The translations under genes and the position numbers were made by a program. A stretch of DNA of 64,000 bases, taken from assembly GCA_050014075.1 (NCBI GenBank), contig JBEKEA010000002.1, forward strand, positions 26,860 to 90,859, in the 5' to 3' direction. Origin of the DNA: Sedimentisphaerales bacterium. GTDB lineage: Bacteria; Planctomycetota; Phycisphaerae; Sedimentisphaerales; UBA12454. Positions 17,177 to 26,688 of the stretch are shown in pieces. The notes under the pieces are model-generated. The model was not told the origin of the DNA. It saw only the letters and a list, made by a program, of their open reading frames with translations, and searched no databases. Numbering within the stretch: position 1 is the first letter of the stretch; every line of letters begins with the position of its first letter.

Positions 17177-17626
17177 TTGAGCGAGACTAAGTTTTATCAA
17201 AACATGACACAACTCGGAACGGGAATAGGAGTATGCTTTGACAAGAAACTAATTACTTCGGCGTTGGTCCTATTGTATTCAGCGATTGATATAACCAGTT
17301 GGCTGGCCTCAGACAAACCAAACGCAACAGTACGTGAGTGCTTTGTAACATGGGTTGAAAAATATTTATTGGCATCTAAACCATTAAAATGTACAGCACT
17401 TGAGTTGTATTCAGCCAGATTTGGTCTTGTACATACCTTGACACCCGACTCACAACTGGTTGAACAGGGGAAAGCACGTCTAATTGCTTACGCTTGGGGT
17501 ACTGCGAAGTCCAATGATCTGAGTAAATTAATCGATATGACAAAATTGTCGGATAAGGCCGTAGCAGTTCAAGTTGAAGAACTATGGCTTGGAGGCTTGG
17601 TTTGCTTGCGTTCAGCAAGGAGTTAG
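17177..17626 (+). CDS. hypothetical protein (possible frameshifted gene)
   Basis: 149-aa ORF with a TTG start, in an AT-rich region. After about 17600 the +1 frame stays open and reads AWRLGLLAFSKELEGNTSKAVRVYERADKFFSNLAIKPFEHLLDSNNLI. Confidence 0.4.
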   Translation: MSETKFYQNMTQLGTGIGVCFDKKLITSALVLLYSAIDITSWLASDKPNATVRECFVTWVEKYLLASKPLKCTALELYSARFGLVHTLTPDSQLVEQGKARLIAYAWGTAKSNDLSKLIDMTKLSDKAVAVQVEELWLGGLVCLRSARS

Positions 17627-17859
17627 AAGGTAATACATCAAAGGCGGTTAGAGTATATGAAAGAGCAGATAAATTCTTCTCAAATTTAGCCATTAAACCC
17701 TTTGAGCATTTGCTTGACAGTAATAACTTAATTTGAACAAGTTCAATGGTATTGTTATAAATAGAGTAACCGTTTATTTTTACTCCTCGAATTATTTTCC
17801 CGCCGCGGCGTTTCCTTAACTTTTCACTTCATTCGCTATCTCATCGGGGCTCGTCTAAA

Positions 17860-17936
17860 CTGATAACCGATAACTGAGTTTCTGATAACTATTAACTATC
17901 AACCAGCGACTTTTATCCGCCTCAGGTGGAAGCGAC
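17860..17936. repeat. heptad element (CTGATAA / CTATCAA units) plus GAGGCGGATAAA-type hairpin module
   Basis: Reads ctgataa ccgataa ctgagtt tctgataa ctattaa ctatcaa ccagcgac, then TTTTATCCGCCTCAGGTGGA, which is the reverse complement of the module at 57841-57858 and 54826-54840. Confidence 0.8.
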
Positions 17937-18424
17937 TATTTACTGGGAATAGTCAACTTGGAACCGACAACAAGATTACTCTTAGCTGTAAGTTTGGGAT
18001 TCAGTTTGAGTATATCGTTGACGCGGCTGCCGTTGCCGAGCTGGCTTTTAGCTATGCTCCAAAGGCTGTCCCCGCTTTTTATGGTATATTGTTTTGCATC
18101 TGTCGGGATGGAGTTGTCTGTCTTTGTATTTCCTGCGCTAGCGGTGGCGGCTGGTGCGGTTGCTGTTGCCTGCTCTGAGGCAGGGGTCGGGTTTTTAAGT
18201 GTTTCATTTTCGAATTTAGCCAGTTGCAAATCGCCGTTTAATTTATCTACAGTGGCGTTGCAATTATTAATTCTTTCCTGTGACGCTGCCTCTGACTGCT
18301 GCATCTTTTTTTGCATATCGGCGATTGCTGCCTTGCTCTTTGCATTTGTTATGAATACCCCGGCTCCTAATCCGGCTCCGAGTGCGACTATTACGATGAT
18401 AATAACTAATACGACTTTTTTCAT
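17936..18424 (-). CDS. membrane-anchored LysM domain protein
   Basis: N-terminal TM segment (VVLVIIIVIVALGAGLGAGVFI), a coiled region, and a C-terminal LysM domain (YTIKSGDSLWSIAKSQLGNGSRVNDILKLNPKL...GSKLTIP). Confidence 0.8.
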   Translation of the reverse strand: MKKVVLVIIIVIVALGAGLGAGVFITNAKSKAAIADMQKKMQQSEAASQERINNCNATVDKLNGDLQLAKFENETLKNPTPASEQATATAPAATASAGNTKTDNSIPTDAKQYTIKSGDSLWSIAKSQLGNGSRVNDILKLNPKLTAKSNLVVGSKLTIPSK

Positions 18425-18534
18425 TGTTAGTTTCTTTCAAAAATCCTTTTTAAATTCTTTGCCGGCTTGTTCCCGGCACTCAACATTAAACCGAATAGAA
18501 TATCAATACTCTCTAAAAACATCAAATGAATAAT

Positions 18535-19100
18535 CGGAGCGAAGCGGAGACCCCAGCGCTTAGTTTTGCTCGCGGGCAAAACTGCAGGGGATAGTTCCAA
18601 CACATCGTGACGCCTTAAAGCAATTTTGCCGTGTCAATCTGTGTTAATCCGTGTCTGAAAATCCTCTGTGGTCTCGGTGATCTCGGTGGCTAAAATATAT
18701 CTTCTTTGTCTTTGTGCCTTAGTGTCTTGGTGGCTATAAGCATTCAAAAAAACACAAAAATTATCAAAAAACAGGGCAAATTAATCAAAACTTGTCCGCC
18801 TCAGGCGTGATTAGTTCAAAAAAATCAAAAAAAATCAAAAATTTTCAAAATCTTTACTAAAACTTGTCCTCGCAACTACTTACAAACCATTTTTTAAAAA
18901 ATACTTACGCAAATAAAGGACTTATGGCAGACTCCATTTTACATTTTTTCCCTGTCTCGCCATAGTCTTTTGGCGATGGCGGAAACGCAAAATAAGGACT
19001 TACAGCTTTCGGATTTCGAAATTCGTATTTTTTTCATAGCGACTATCAATTATAAACTATGAACTAATTAACCAAACATTTCTTGCCATTCCACAGTAAG
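18535..19100. repeat. gene-free mosaic repeat block A
   Basis: Region 18838-18926 (reverse complement) matches 54066-54154 at roughly 85 percent by eye (CATAAGTCCTTTATTTGCGTA...GACAAGTTTTAGTAAAGATTTTGAAAA). It also shares the modules CTCTGTGG.CTCGGTG, GTCCGCCTCAGGCG, CGCCATAG...TGGCGATGGCGG and an ACGCAAA(T)AAGGACTTA duplication. Confidence 0.8.
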
Positions 19101-19204
19101 TATAGTATTATTTTAAAATAGTTAGTAGTTTTGTTTGCTTCGTATTTCGTTATAGGCCTCGGCCTAACTAACGCACTGCAAAGGACTTAATGAATATCGT
19201 CTCA

Positions 19205-19279
19205 CGGGGTGTAGCTCAGTTTGGCTAGAGCGCCTGGTTTGGGACCAGGAGGCCGTAGGTTCGAATCCTATCACCCCGA
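19205..19279 (+). tRNA. tRNA-Pro (anticodon UGG)
   Basis: A manual cloverleaf fits. Acceptor CGGGGTG/CACCCCG, D-arm GCTC/GAGC, anticodon stem CCTGG/CCAGG with loop TTTGGGA (anticodon TGG, G37), T-arm GTAGG-TTCGAAT-CCTAT, discriminator A. CCA is not encoded. Confidence 0.9.
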
Positions 19280-19322
19280 TATCGTTTTTTGACGAAAAAA
19301 ATCAGGTTTTTAAGGTAAAAAA

Positions 19323-21185
19323 ATGTGCGGCATTGTTGCTTATCTTGGCAAAAAACCGGCTCAGCCAATTCTAATAGAAGGCCTAAAACGACTTGAGTAC
19401 AGGGGTTACGACTCAGCGGGTTTGGGCCTGATAAATGGCAACGAGATAAAAATCATTAAATCCAGCGGCCGGATAAGCGTTCTTGAGGAAATTCTCGGCG
19501 ATCCTGACCCGAAAGAAGTTGTCGGCATTGGCCACACACGCTGGGCGACGCACGGCCAGCCGAACACTATAAATGCTCACCCGCACTTGGATTACACCGG
19601 CAAAATCGCGCTCGCTCACAACGGCATTATCGAAAATTACAGCACATTAAAAACCTGGCTCATCAGCAAAGGCTGCACGTTCAAAAGTGAGACCGACACT
19701 GAAGTTATCGCAAATCTTATTGGTTATTTATATTCGAATATTGACGGCGAAGATTGTCCCAAAGACGACCAGAACCGTTTTGAATGGGCTGTGCAGCACG
19801 CATTGAATGAGCTTGTCGGAACTTATGGCCTGGCAATACTTTGCGCCGATTTTCCTGAGATGCTGATTGGCGCGAAAAAAGGCAGTCCGTTGATTTTGGG
19901 CCTTGGCAAAAATGAATATGTTATCGCATCTGACGCCGCCGCGATAGTCGAGCATACAACTCAGGTTATTTATCTATCTGATAATGAAATGGTTACGATA
20001 ACCCCCCAGGGTTTTCACACAAAAACAATAGATAACGTTGAAATACATAAAGAGCTCAAGCAGATAGAATTTTCACTAAATGCGATTGATCTCGACGGTT
20101 TTAAACATTATATGCTGAAGGAAATCTACGAGCAGCCCAAGGCCCTTAGTATGTGCCTTGGCGGCAGACTTGATTTGCGCGATGGCAGGATAGTGCTCGG
20201 CGGAATAGGCAAATACTGGCGCGAATTTACAAGAGCGAAAAGAATTATCATTAACGCCTGCGGAACCGCCTGGCACGCAGGTCTTATCGGCGAATTCCTC
20301 ATCGAGCAATTAGCCAGAATCAACGCTGAAACTCAGTATGCAAGTGAATTTCGTTATCGAAATCCGATTATTGAAGACGATACGGTAGTTATAGCAATCA
20401 GTCAGTCGGGCGAAACGGCCGATACTCTTGCCGCTGTTGAGCAGGCCAGGGAACGCGGTGCAATTACGCTCGGCATTGTCAATGTCGTAGGCTCAACAAT
20501 TGCCAGGGCTACCGATGCGGGAGTTTATCTGAGGGTCGGTCCTGAAATCGGAGTCGCGAGCACAAAGGCGTTTACCGCTCAGGTCGCTGTGCTTGCTATG
20601 CTGGGCATTGAGCTTGGCAGAAGAAGACATCTTTCTTCTGAACAGGTCAGGTTATATATTGAAGAGCTTTCAAGGATTCCTTCGAAAATCGAAGATGTTC
20701 TTGCTCTTTCAGAACATATTAAAAAAATTGCCGAAGCGACGTGTGACAGAGAGAATTGGCTCTTTTTGGGCCGAGGGTTTAATTATCCGGTCGCTTTGGA
20801 AGGTGCGCTTAAACTAAAAGAGATAAGTTATATTCACGCAGAAGGTCTGCCCGCCGCGGAAATGAAACACGGCCCAATCGCGCTCATAACTAAAGGTATG
20901 CCTGCGGTTTTCATTGCGACTAAATGCTCGCAATACGACAAAATTATCGGCAATATCGAAGAAGTAAGAGCTCGCGGCGGGAGGACAATCGTTGTCGCCA
21001 ACAAAGGCGATGCTAACATCCGTCAATACGCTGATTTTCTTATTGAAGTGCCCGAAGTGTTAGAGGAATTGCAGCCGATGGTTACCGTAGTACCGCTGCA
21101 AATTTTAGCGTATCACGCTGCCGTCCTCCGCGGCCACGATGTAGATAAGCCCCGAAACCTGGCAAAAAGCGTAACGGTCGAATAA
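19323..21185 (+). CDS. glmS: glutamine--fructose-6-phosphate aminotransferase
   Basis: 620 aa with an N-terminal MCGIVAY (Cys nucleophile), two SIS domains, and the C-terminus KPRNLAKSVTVE. Confidence 0.97.
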   Translation: MCGIVAYLGKKPAQPILIEGLKRLEYRGYDSAGLGLINGNEIKIIKSSGRISVLEEILGDPDPKEVVGIGHTRWATHGQPNTINAHPHLDYTGKIALAHNGIIENYSTLKTWLISKGCTFKSETDTEVIANLIGYLYSNIDGEDCPKDDQNRFEWAVQHALNELVGTYGLAILCADFPEMLIGAKKGSPLILGLGKNEYVIASDAAAIVEHTTQVIYLSDNEMVTITPQGFHTKTIDNVEIHKELKQIEFSLNAIDLDGFKHYMLKEIYEQPKALSMCLGGRLDLRDGRIVLGGIGKYWREFTRAKRIIINACGTAWHAGLIGEFLIEQLARINAETQYASEFRYRNPIIEDDTVVIAISQSGETADTLAAVEQARERGAITLGIVNVVGSTIARATDAGVYLRVGPEIGVASTKAFTAQVAVLAMLGIELGRRRHLSSEQVRLYIEELSRIPSKIEDVLALSEHIKKIAEATCDRENWLFLGRGFNYPVALEGALKLKEISYIHAEGLPAAEMKHGPIALITKGMPAVFIATKCSQYDKIIGNIEEVRARGGRTIVVANKGDANIRQYADFLIEVPEVLEELQPMVTVVPLQILAYHAAVLRGHDVDKPRNLAKSVTVE

Positions 21186-21205
21186 AAAAACTCTGGTAGT
21201 TACAG

Positions 21206-21514
21206 TTAAACGTCTTCTACAAGAATGGCCTTGGCTGTATCTGTAAGCACTTTTGCTTTGTGTTTTTTGCCTGCCGGTATAAAGACGCCATCTCCCTGAC
21301 TGAGAGTTATTACTTTTCCATCGAAATTTATTTCCATTTGTCCTTCAAGTAAATAGCCGATATGCCCTTTTATGCACCAATCCTGCTCGACAAATTCTTT
21401 TGTATATTCTACTAACCGCATTTTCCTGCCGCCTTGTTCAAAGGCCTTGAACCTTACACCGGCCGCAGGTGATTGCCATTCCATCGAGTCAAAATCTATT
21501 TTGTATTGCTCCAT
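21206..21514 (-). CDS. cupin domain protein
   Basis: 102 aa containing GDGVFIPAGKKHKA, a cupin-2-like beta-barrel motif. Confidence 0.65.
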   Translation of the reverse strand: MEQYKIDFDSMEWQSPAAGVRFKAFEQGGRKMRLVEYTKEFVEQDWCIKGHIGYLLEGQMEINFDGKVITLSQGDGVFIPAGKKHKAKVLTDTAKAILVEDV

Positions 21515-22001
21515 TTTTCTGCGTCCTTAACAGTTTCTTCATTTTGTAATAATCAAGTTTTTTACCGTTTTTGACTTTCACAAAAGTCTTCTTTATGGTT
21601 TTATAGCCCAGCGAATCGTAAAATTTCTTGGCCGGCAGTGATGAATCCAGTTTGACAGTTCTGATTCCGGCCGAAAGGGCCTTTGTCTGGAGCTTTTGCA
21701 TAAGAAGTTTGCCTAAACCCTTTTTCTGGAATTTGGGATTAACAAAGACTCTCATAATATAGTCATCTATTAAAGTTGCGGTTCCGATGATTCGATTGCT
21801 TTTTTCTAAAACAATGGTGTATCCTTCTTTAGTGCCTTTTAAAATATTCTCATTATTGTGATAATCTTTAAAATATTTTATCGACTCGGCATTATAAAAC
21901 GGAAGATAATTTATATCGATTGTTTTATGTATCAAGTCTCTGACTGTGTCTAAATCAGACGATTTGAACTTTCTCATTTTTAGATTATTTTTTCCTGACA
22001 T
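21489..22001 (-). CDS. GNAT family N-acetyltransferase
   Basis: Contains VFVNPKFQKKGLGKLLM (acetyl-CoA binding Q/RxxGxG/A motif). 170 aa. Confidence 0.8.
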   Translation of the reverse strand: MSGKNNLKMRKFKSSDLDTVRDLIHKTIDINYLPFYNAESIKYFKDYHNNENILKGTKEGYTIVLEKSNRIIGTATLIDDYIMRVFVNPKFQKKGLGKLLMQKLQTKALSAGIRTVKLDSSLPAKKFYDSLGYKTIKKTFVKVKNGKKLDYYKMKKLLRTQKNGAIQNRF

Positions 22002-22002
22002 T

Positions 22003-22491
22003 TTATTTTCCAGTATCTTTTGCCATCATAATTATATCCGGCCGTTCAGTCCAGCCGGTATGTTTCCAGAACTTTCTGCCGGCACGGTTTTTCACAAAGG
22101 CGCATAGAGTACATTTTGAAAAACCTATGGCGGCCAATTTTGACAGTGCCCGATTTACCAGGGCTTTGCCGATTCCTTTTTTACGGTAGGAACGGTCAAC
22201 CGCCAAATGATATAAATGACCGCGTCTGCCATCGTGACCGCACAATAAGGTGCCAACTATTTTTTTATTATCGCGGGCGACAAAACTTAAACCCGGATTA
22301 CGCCGAAGGTATCTTGCCATTCCTTTTCTGGAGTCCGCGTCATTATGCAGCCCCATACCTTCGGTGCTTTCCCAGAGCCGAAGAGCTTCGTCGTAATCCC
22401 TGATTTTCATCTCAGCTATTTTAATTTCAGTTTTCATTGGAATTTTTGTATTTATTTTATCGTTTTTAGCAATTACCGTCAAGTAAGTCAT
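22003..22491 (-). CDS. GNAT family N-acetyltransferase
   Basis: Contains LAVDRSYRKKGIGKALV. The start may be the internal ATG at 22437 (MKTEIKIAEMKIRDY). Confidence 0.8.
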   Translation of the reverse strand: MTYLTVIAKNDKINTKIPMKTEIKIAEMKIRDYDEALRLWESTEGMGLHNDADSRKGMARYLRRNPGLSFVARDNKKIVGTLLCGHDGRRGHLYHLAVDRSYRKKGIGKALVNRALSKLAAIGFSKCTLCAFVKNRAGRKFWKHTGWTERPDIIMMAKDTGK

Positions 22492-22580
22492 CTCTCTGAC
22501 CGAAAGTTATTGCTTTTTCACCGAACATTTATTTTTCTTGCAAAGCATAATTAATATATATATCCTTGGTCAGGTTACTT

Positions 22581-24131
22581 ATGAAAAAAACGCCGAATAA
22601 TAAAAATCCTGAGCGCATTTTCCTTTTCTTAATCCTGTTTGCATCTTTGATTTTGTTTCTCGGCAGCCTTGGAAGTCAATGTTTGTGGCAGGATGAGGCG
22701 CAAACGGCTTTAATCAGCAAAACCATACTAACCGAGGGTGTGCCGCGTGGCACCGACGGCAAAAATTTCTTTTCCCAGGAGTTAGGCAGTGAATACGGCG
22801 ATAATTACATCTGGAAATGGCATACCTGGCTGTCGTTTTATGTAGTAGCCGCTTTTTACGCATTATTCGGAATCGGCACATTTGTTTCCAGGCTTCCCTT
22901 TGCGTTTTTCGGCATAGGCTGTGTCTTTATGACCTATCTGCTTTGCAGGGCGATGTGGGAGGACAAAAAAATCGCTTATACTGCGGCGGTGCTTTTGGTA
23001 ACCTGCGTTCCTTTTTTGCTTTTGGCCCGGCAATGCCGTTACTACAGTATGACCGCGTTCCTTTCGTTATGGGGACTGTATTCTTACGTTAAAATCCTCG
23101 AAGGCAGGAAACACGCTTATATCACTTTGTTTTTAGCTTCGGTATTTCTTTTCCATACCAATTATGTATATTGTGCGCCTTTGTTTTTCAGTATTCTGCT
23201 GCACGCCTTGCTTTTTTATCGAAACAAATTGCTGGTAATTTTGTTGCCGGTCGGCGTTGCGGTTTTAATCAATATTCCCTGGATAGTATGGTTGTCTGGA
23301 ATGAAATATGGAGATACTTACAATGCGAGATTTTTATATATCGAGGCATATCTTGGTTTCCAAACTGAATATGTCAGGGAAATGTGCACGTATGTGTTCT
23401 CGCCGTATTTTCTTTTGGCCATTCCGGCGACGGCTGTTATGTTAAAAATAAGGAATCAGCCCATTTTCTCTGAAGGTTCGCAATACGGGAAAATGTTATG
23501 CCTGCTAATATTTTTCGCGGCCTCGACGATAATCGCTCTTTCATTTGTAAGTCCCGCGCCTTTTTTCCGCTATTTGTCGCCGATAGTGCCCGTTTTTGTT
23601 ATTTTCACGGCTTGTCTGGCGGTTCTTATGGGCAGAATACATTTTTTAATGCCTGCTGCGTTTGTCGCGTTAATAATCATTGTCAGCCCTATGAAAGACT
23701 TTATATATGAGTTGACGCATGAGTATAAAGGCCCTATTGACGGAATCGTAAAATATTTAAACGAACACGGAAGCAGGGACGATATTGTCGCGATAACTTA
23801 CGGAGATATGCCGGTAAAATTTTATACGAATATGCGGGTTATCGGAGGCCTTACGGGCGAGAACCTTTCCGATGCTAAAAAGGCCAAATGGGTAATTATG
23901 AGAAAATATTCGATATGTAAGAGAGACGAGAGAGTTAAAAATTATCTGCTTAAGAATTTATCTCCGGAAAACTACGAAAGAATAACAATTGATTATCCTG
24001 ATATTCCTTTTGAGAATAGAGAAGAACTGGCTGGTTACCATACCGACAAGCTGGCCGGCCATCATTTCAGAACGGTTACAGACGAAGACAGAGTTTTGAT
24101 TCATCATAAAATCAACAAGGCCAATGAATAA
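22581..24131 (+). CDS. GT-C membrane glycosyltransferase (GT39/ArnT-like)
   Basis: The ORF track starts at 22566; the ATG at 22581 (MKKTPNN) is preferred. Multi-TM, with a first-loop motif LWQDEAQTALISKTIL typical of ArnT/PMT-like enzymes. Confidence 0.65.
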   Translation: MKKTPNNKNPERIFLFLILFASLILFLGSLGSQCLWQDEAQTALISKTILTEGVPRGTDGKNFFSQELGSEYGDNYIWKWHTWLSFYVVAAFYALFGIGTFVSRLPFAFFGIGCVFMTYLLCRAMWEDKKIAYTAAVLLVTCVPFLLLARQCRYYSMTAFLSLWGLYSYVKILEGRKHAYITLFLASVFLFHTNYVYCAPLFFSILLHALLFYRNKLLVILLPVGVAVLINIPWIVWLSGMKYGDTYNARFLYIEAYLGFQTEYVREMCTYVFSPYFLLAIPATAVMLKIRNQPIFSEGSQYGKMLCLLIFFAASTIIALSFVSPAPFFRYLSPIVPVFVIFTACLAVLMGRIHFLMPAAFVALIIIVSPMKDFIYELTHEYKGPIDGIVKYLNEHGSRDDIVAITYGDMPVKFYTNMRVIGGLTGENLSDAKKAKWVIMRKYSICKRDERVKNYLLKNLSPENYERITIDYPDIPFENREELAGYHTDKLAGHHFRTVTDEDRVLIHHKINKANE

Positions 24132-24187
24132 TCAGACAGCAGAATATTCAAGTCCGGGGGATAAAGTTGTATAATCTCTCTATAACA

Positions 24188-25765
24188 TCAATGGGGCGTG
24201 TTCGGATATTTCATGAGATACAGAGCATATATTTCGTCGGGCTGGATGCTTTCTGTAAATAGTCCAATTGAGGTTATGGGGTATTTTGTTCGTTTGATAT
24301 CAAAATCAAAACTAAAAAGGAGCACGACGTCTTCTTTTTTCTTTAACATATAATCATAACTTCTGTCTAAAAGGATATCTACAAATTCCTGACTTGACCC
24401 GCATTGTCGTACTAACACCTCCCACTTGTTGTCAAAAATAAGGTACGTCCCTAACCGGTTACTTTGCAGGTAATAAATCGGGGTATCCAGACGAGCGGCT
24501 ACTGCAGAGGCAACAGAATCAAAACAGCCTATTATGGGTTTTTGCGTCAACTTTTGTTCCACAAGATACTCGGCAACTTTTTTGCTGGCGGAAAAGGGAT
24601 ATTTCCAATCGCATCCGCATGCGTACAAGCCAGTGATTGCCTGTAGAATTAAAATAAAAGTAAAACAATAAACTGAGGCTCTCTGCAGTAAAACAGCGAT
24701 GTTTTCTAATAAACGATTGGGGATTTTGTATTCCGAATAATGTGAGTACAACCAAAAACAAATCACTAATACAATAAACAAATGTCCATGATGCCGCAGG
24801 GAGCCGAGATACATTATGTAAAAGAACAAGAAGAGTCCCACCGTTGCCGCACCATAGGAAATCGCAATGAAAGGTTTTTTTATAAATGCCAGCAAAAAGA
24901 AAAGAAATAAAACCACTGACAAGATAACTTGTGTGTTAAGTGAAGCGATAATATTCGTTTGCCAGAAATGCATTGCGTTGCTGGGGATTGGAACATAACT
25001 TCTCCATAACGTTGCAAGCGTCTGTTTTGCAAGGTCTATGTCCAGGTGCAGAATCGGGGGTTTTACCCAACTGTCGGGCGGGGTAATCATTTGAAACACA
25101 GAAAGGGAAATGCCCGAAATAAAAATTGCAACACCAAACAGAAACAGGAAAACTTCTTTTTTTATAAAAGCAACTCCAGCCTTCTTTGTGTAGAGCAGAG
25201 TCATAAAGTAAAGAGTTCCCAGCCAGATGGAAAGCATCAGGCTATACACATTGGCTTGTGCGCATATAGCCAGCAAACAAGGCAATATCCATCCGGGTTT
25301 TTTGCGGGGATCATAGAAGGAAAGAAACAAAAATAAGAAGAAAATGCCTATGGCATAATCCCGTGCGATTACTGCATACTCGTAAAGCGCAAAGTACCCA
25401 AAAGCAAACAATAACTTTTGAAGCCGTGAGAACGGTGAATAGTTTGTAACAAGATAAACCGTTCCTCCTGCAATAAGAAGGTGGATGATTTGCATCGCCA
25501 GGGGATTGCCGGTGAATTTGCTCGCAAAATAAGGAAACAAATACCAAAGAATGGGATGTCCATCATATTTTTTATGCTCTAACAGCTCGGAAAAAGAGTG
25601 ACTGTGCTTTACCTCCATCCATACTTGAAGTTCATCCCGCCACATTTCATGATGAAACAGAGTGACGGCTCCCAATAAGAGAAAGCCGCACATCAATCCT
25701 GTTGAAAAGAAGATTTTTGATCGCAGGATAGCGGGCAGGTTCTGTGTACTTTTCGGCAACCTCAT
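24188..25765 (-). CDS. polytopic membrane protein, possible GT-C glycosyltransferase
   Basis: Start trimmed to the ATG at 25765 (MRLPKSTQ) to avoid overlap with the upstream ACT gene. It has more than 10 TM segments and a first-loop MWRDELQVW (D-E) motif. There is no firm family assignment. Confidence 0.45.
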   Translation of the reverse strand: MRLPKSTQNLPAILRSKIFFSTGLMCGFLLLGAVTLFHHEMWRDELQVWMEVKHSHSFSELLEHKKYDGHPILWYLFPYFASKFTGNPLAMQIIHLLIAGGTVYLVTNYSPFSRLQKLLFAFGYFALYEYAVIARDYAIGIFFLFLFLSFYDPRKKPGWILPCLLAICAQANVYSLMLSIWLGTLYFMTLLYTKKAGVAFIKKEVFLFLFGVAIFISGISLSVFQMITPPDSWVKPPILHLDIDLAKQTLATLWRSYVPIPSNAMHFWQTNIIASLNTQVILSVVLFLFFLLAFIKKPFIAISYGAATVGLFLFFYIMYLGSLRHHGHLFIVLVICFWLYSHYSEYKIPNRLLENIAVLLQRASVYCFTFILILQAITGLYACGCDWKYPFSASKKVAEYLVEQKLTQKPIIGCFDSVASAVAARLDTPIYYLQSNRLGTYLIFDNKWEVLVRQCGSSQEFVDILLDRSYDYMLKKKEDVVLLFSFDFDIKRTKYPITSIGLFTESIQPDEIYALYLMKYPNTPH

Positions 25766-25796
25766 AACCCTTTTTAAAAAAACAGCATTGTTTAAA

Positions 25797-26258
25797 TCAG
25801 CCTTGCCTTGACGTCGGCGGACGCCGTTCCGCCTGACGCGAGTCGCTGTCCGATTCAAGAGATTCACCAAGTATCTTCATTGCTTTTTTAACATCTGCGA
25901 CTTTAAGAACCGCCGTTGTTTTGCCGCCTTTAGCACCGGCCGTAACATAAGCGTAAGCTATATTAATATGTTCCTTTGCCAGTTTTTCTGCAACTGCCGC
26001 GAACGCGCCGGCCCTATTAGGCAGTGTGACGCAAAGCACTTCCGTTTCGTTGAACTGCATATTAATATGATTAAGTACGTCCCGCATCTTGTCCGCCGAT
26101 TCCGGCACAATCCGCAGCACACCGTGCTCCACAGAGTCCATCACGGTAAGAGCGGTAATATTAATTTTTGCCCGTGCGAATTCCGAGAGAATCTGCGCCA
26201 TAATGCCGGGCTTGTTAACCATAAAAATCGAAAACTGCTTTTCAATAATCATACTCAT
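25797..26258 (-). CDS. ACT-domain protein (tandem ACT)
   Basis: Has two beta-alpha-beta-beta-alpha-beta-like units (FSIFMVNKPGIMAQILSEFARAKINITAL and LCVTLPNRAGAFAAVAEKLAKEHINIAYAY). Confidence 0.7.
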   Translation of the reverse strand: MSMIIEKQFSIFMVNKPGIMAQILSEFARAKINITALTVMDSVEHGVLRIVPESADKMRDVLNHINMQFNETEVLCVTLPNRAGAFAAVAEKLAKEHINIAYAYVTAGAKGGKTTAVLKVADVKKAMKILGESLESDSDSRQAERRPPTSRQG

Positions 26259-26263
26259 CCTCT

Positions 26264-26638
26264 CTAATTAGATTTTTGGAGTTTTTTCAAATCATTTATC
26301 GCAGCTTTGGTATCTGGATAAAACTTAAATATCTTGTCGAGGTTTGTAATCTTAAAAACACGGTAAAGCTGCGGATTTATCCCGCTGATTAATACATTTC
26401 CTTTCTGGGCAGATGATTTTTTCTTTGCGTCGAGAAGCAATCCTAATGCCTGCGACGAGAAAAATTTCACGCCGCTGAAGTCAATAATAATGTTTTTGGG
26501 CTTTTGATTTTTTATAAGCTCTGAAATTTGCTGTGCCACATCCTCCAGACCCTGTTCGGTGCCAAGGCTTGTAGTGTTAAAACATACTATCGTGGCAATC
26601 GGCTCGGTTATTATTTTTATTACATTATAATCTGTCAT
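26264..26638 (-). CDS. STAS-domain protein (anti-sigma-factor antagonist-like)
   Basis: Contains IIIDFSGVKFFSSQALGLLLDAKKK...ISGINPQLYRVFKITNLDKIFKFYPD, the SpoIIAA/STAS pattern. Confidence 0.75.
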   Translation of the reverse strand: MTDYNVIKIITEPIATIVCFNTTSLGTEQGLEDVAQQISELIKNQKPKNIIIDFSGVKFFSSQALGLLLDAKKKSSAQKGNVLISGINPQLYRVFKITNLDKIFKFYPDTKAAINDLKKLQKSN

Positions 26639-26688
26639 ATAGAATCGAATATATTATATATATCTGCGTTATAAAAGTCGAGAAAGAT

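Noticed and set aside
15496-19279. Integrative element bounded by a tyrosine recombinase and tRNA-Pro
   Set aside because: The recombinase has the size and motifs of chromosomal XerC/D rather than a phage integrase. I found no direct repeat of the tRNA 3' end, and the intervening genes (GIY-YIG, LysM) are not typical phage or ICE cargo. The region is still compositionally odd.
19280-19322. glmS ribozyme upstream of glmS
   Set aside because: Only about 43 nt separate the tRNA-Pro 3' end from the glmS ATG, too short for the roughly 170-nt ribozyme, and the conserved core sequence is not evident.
21186-22560. Tn7-like insertion at the attTn7 position downstream of glmS
   Set aside because: Only a cupin and two GNAT genes are present. 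There are no tnsABCD-like genes and no terminal repeat arrays, and glmS is followed immediately by ordinary small genes.
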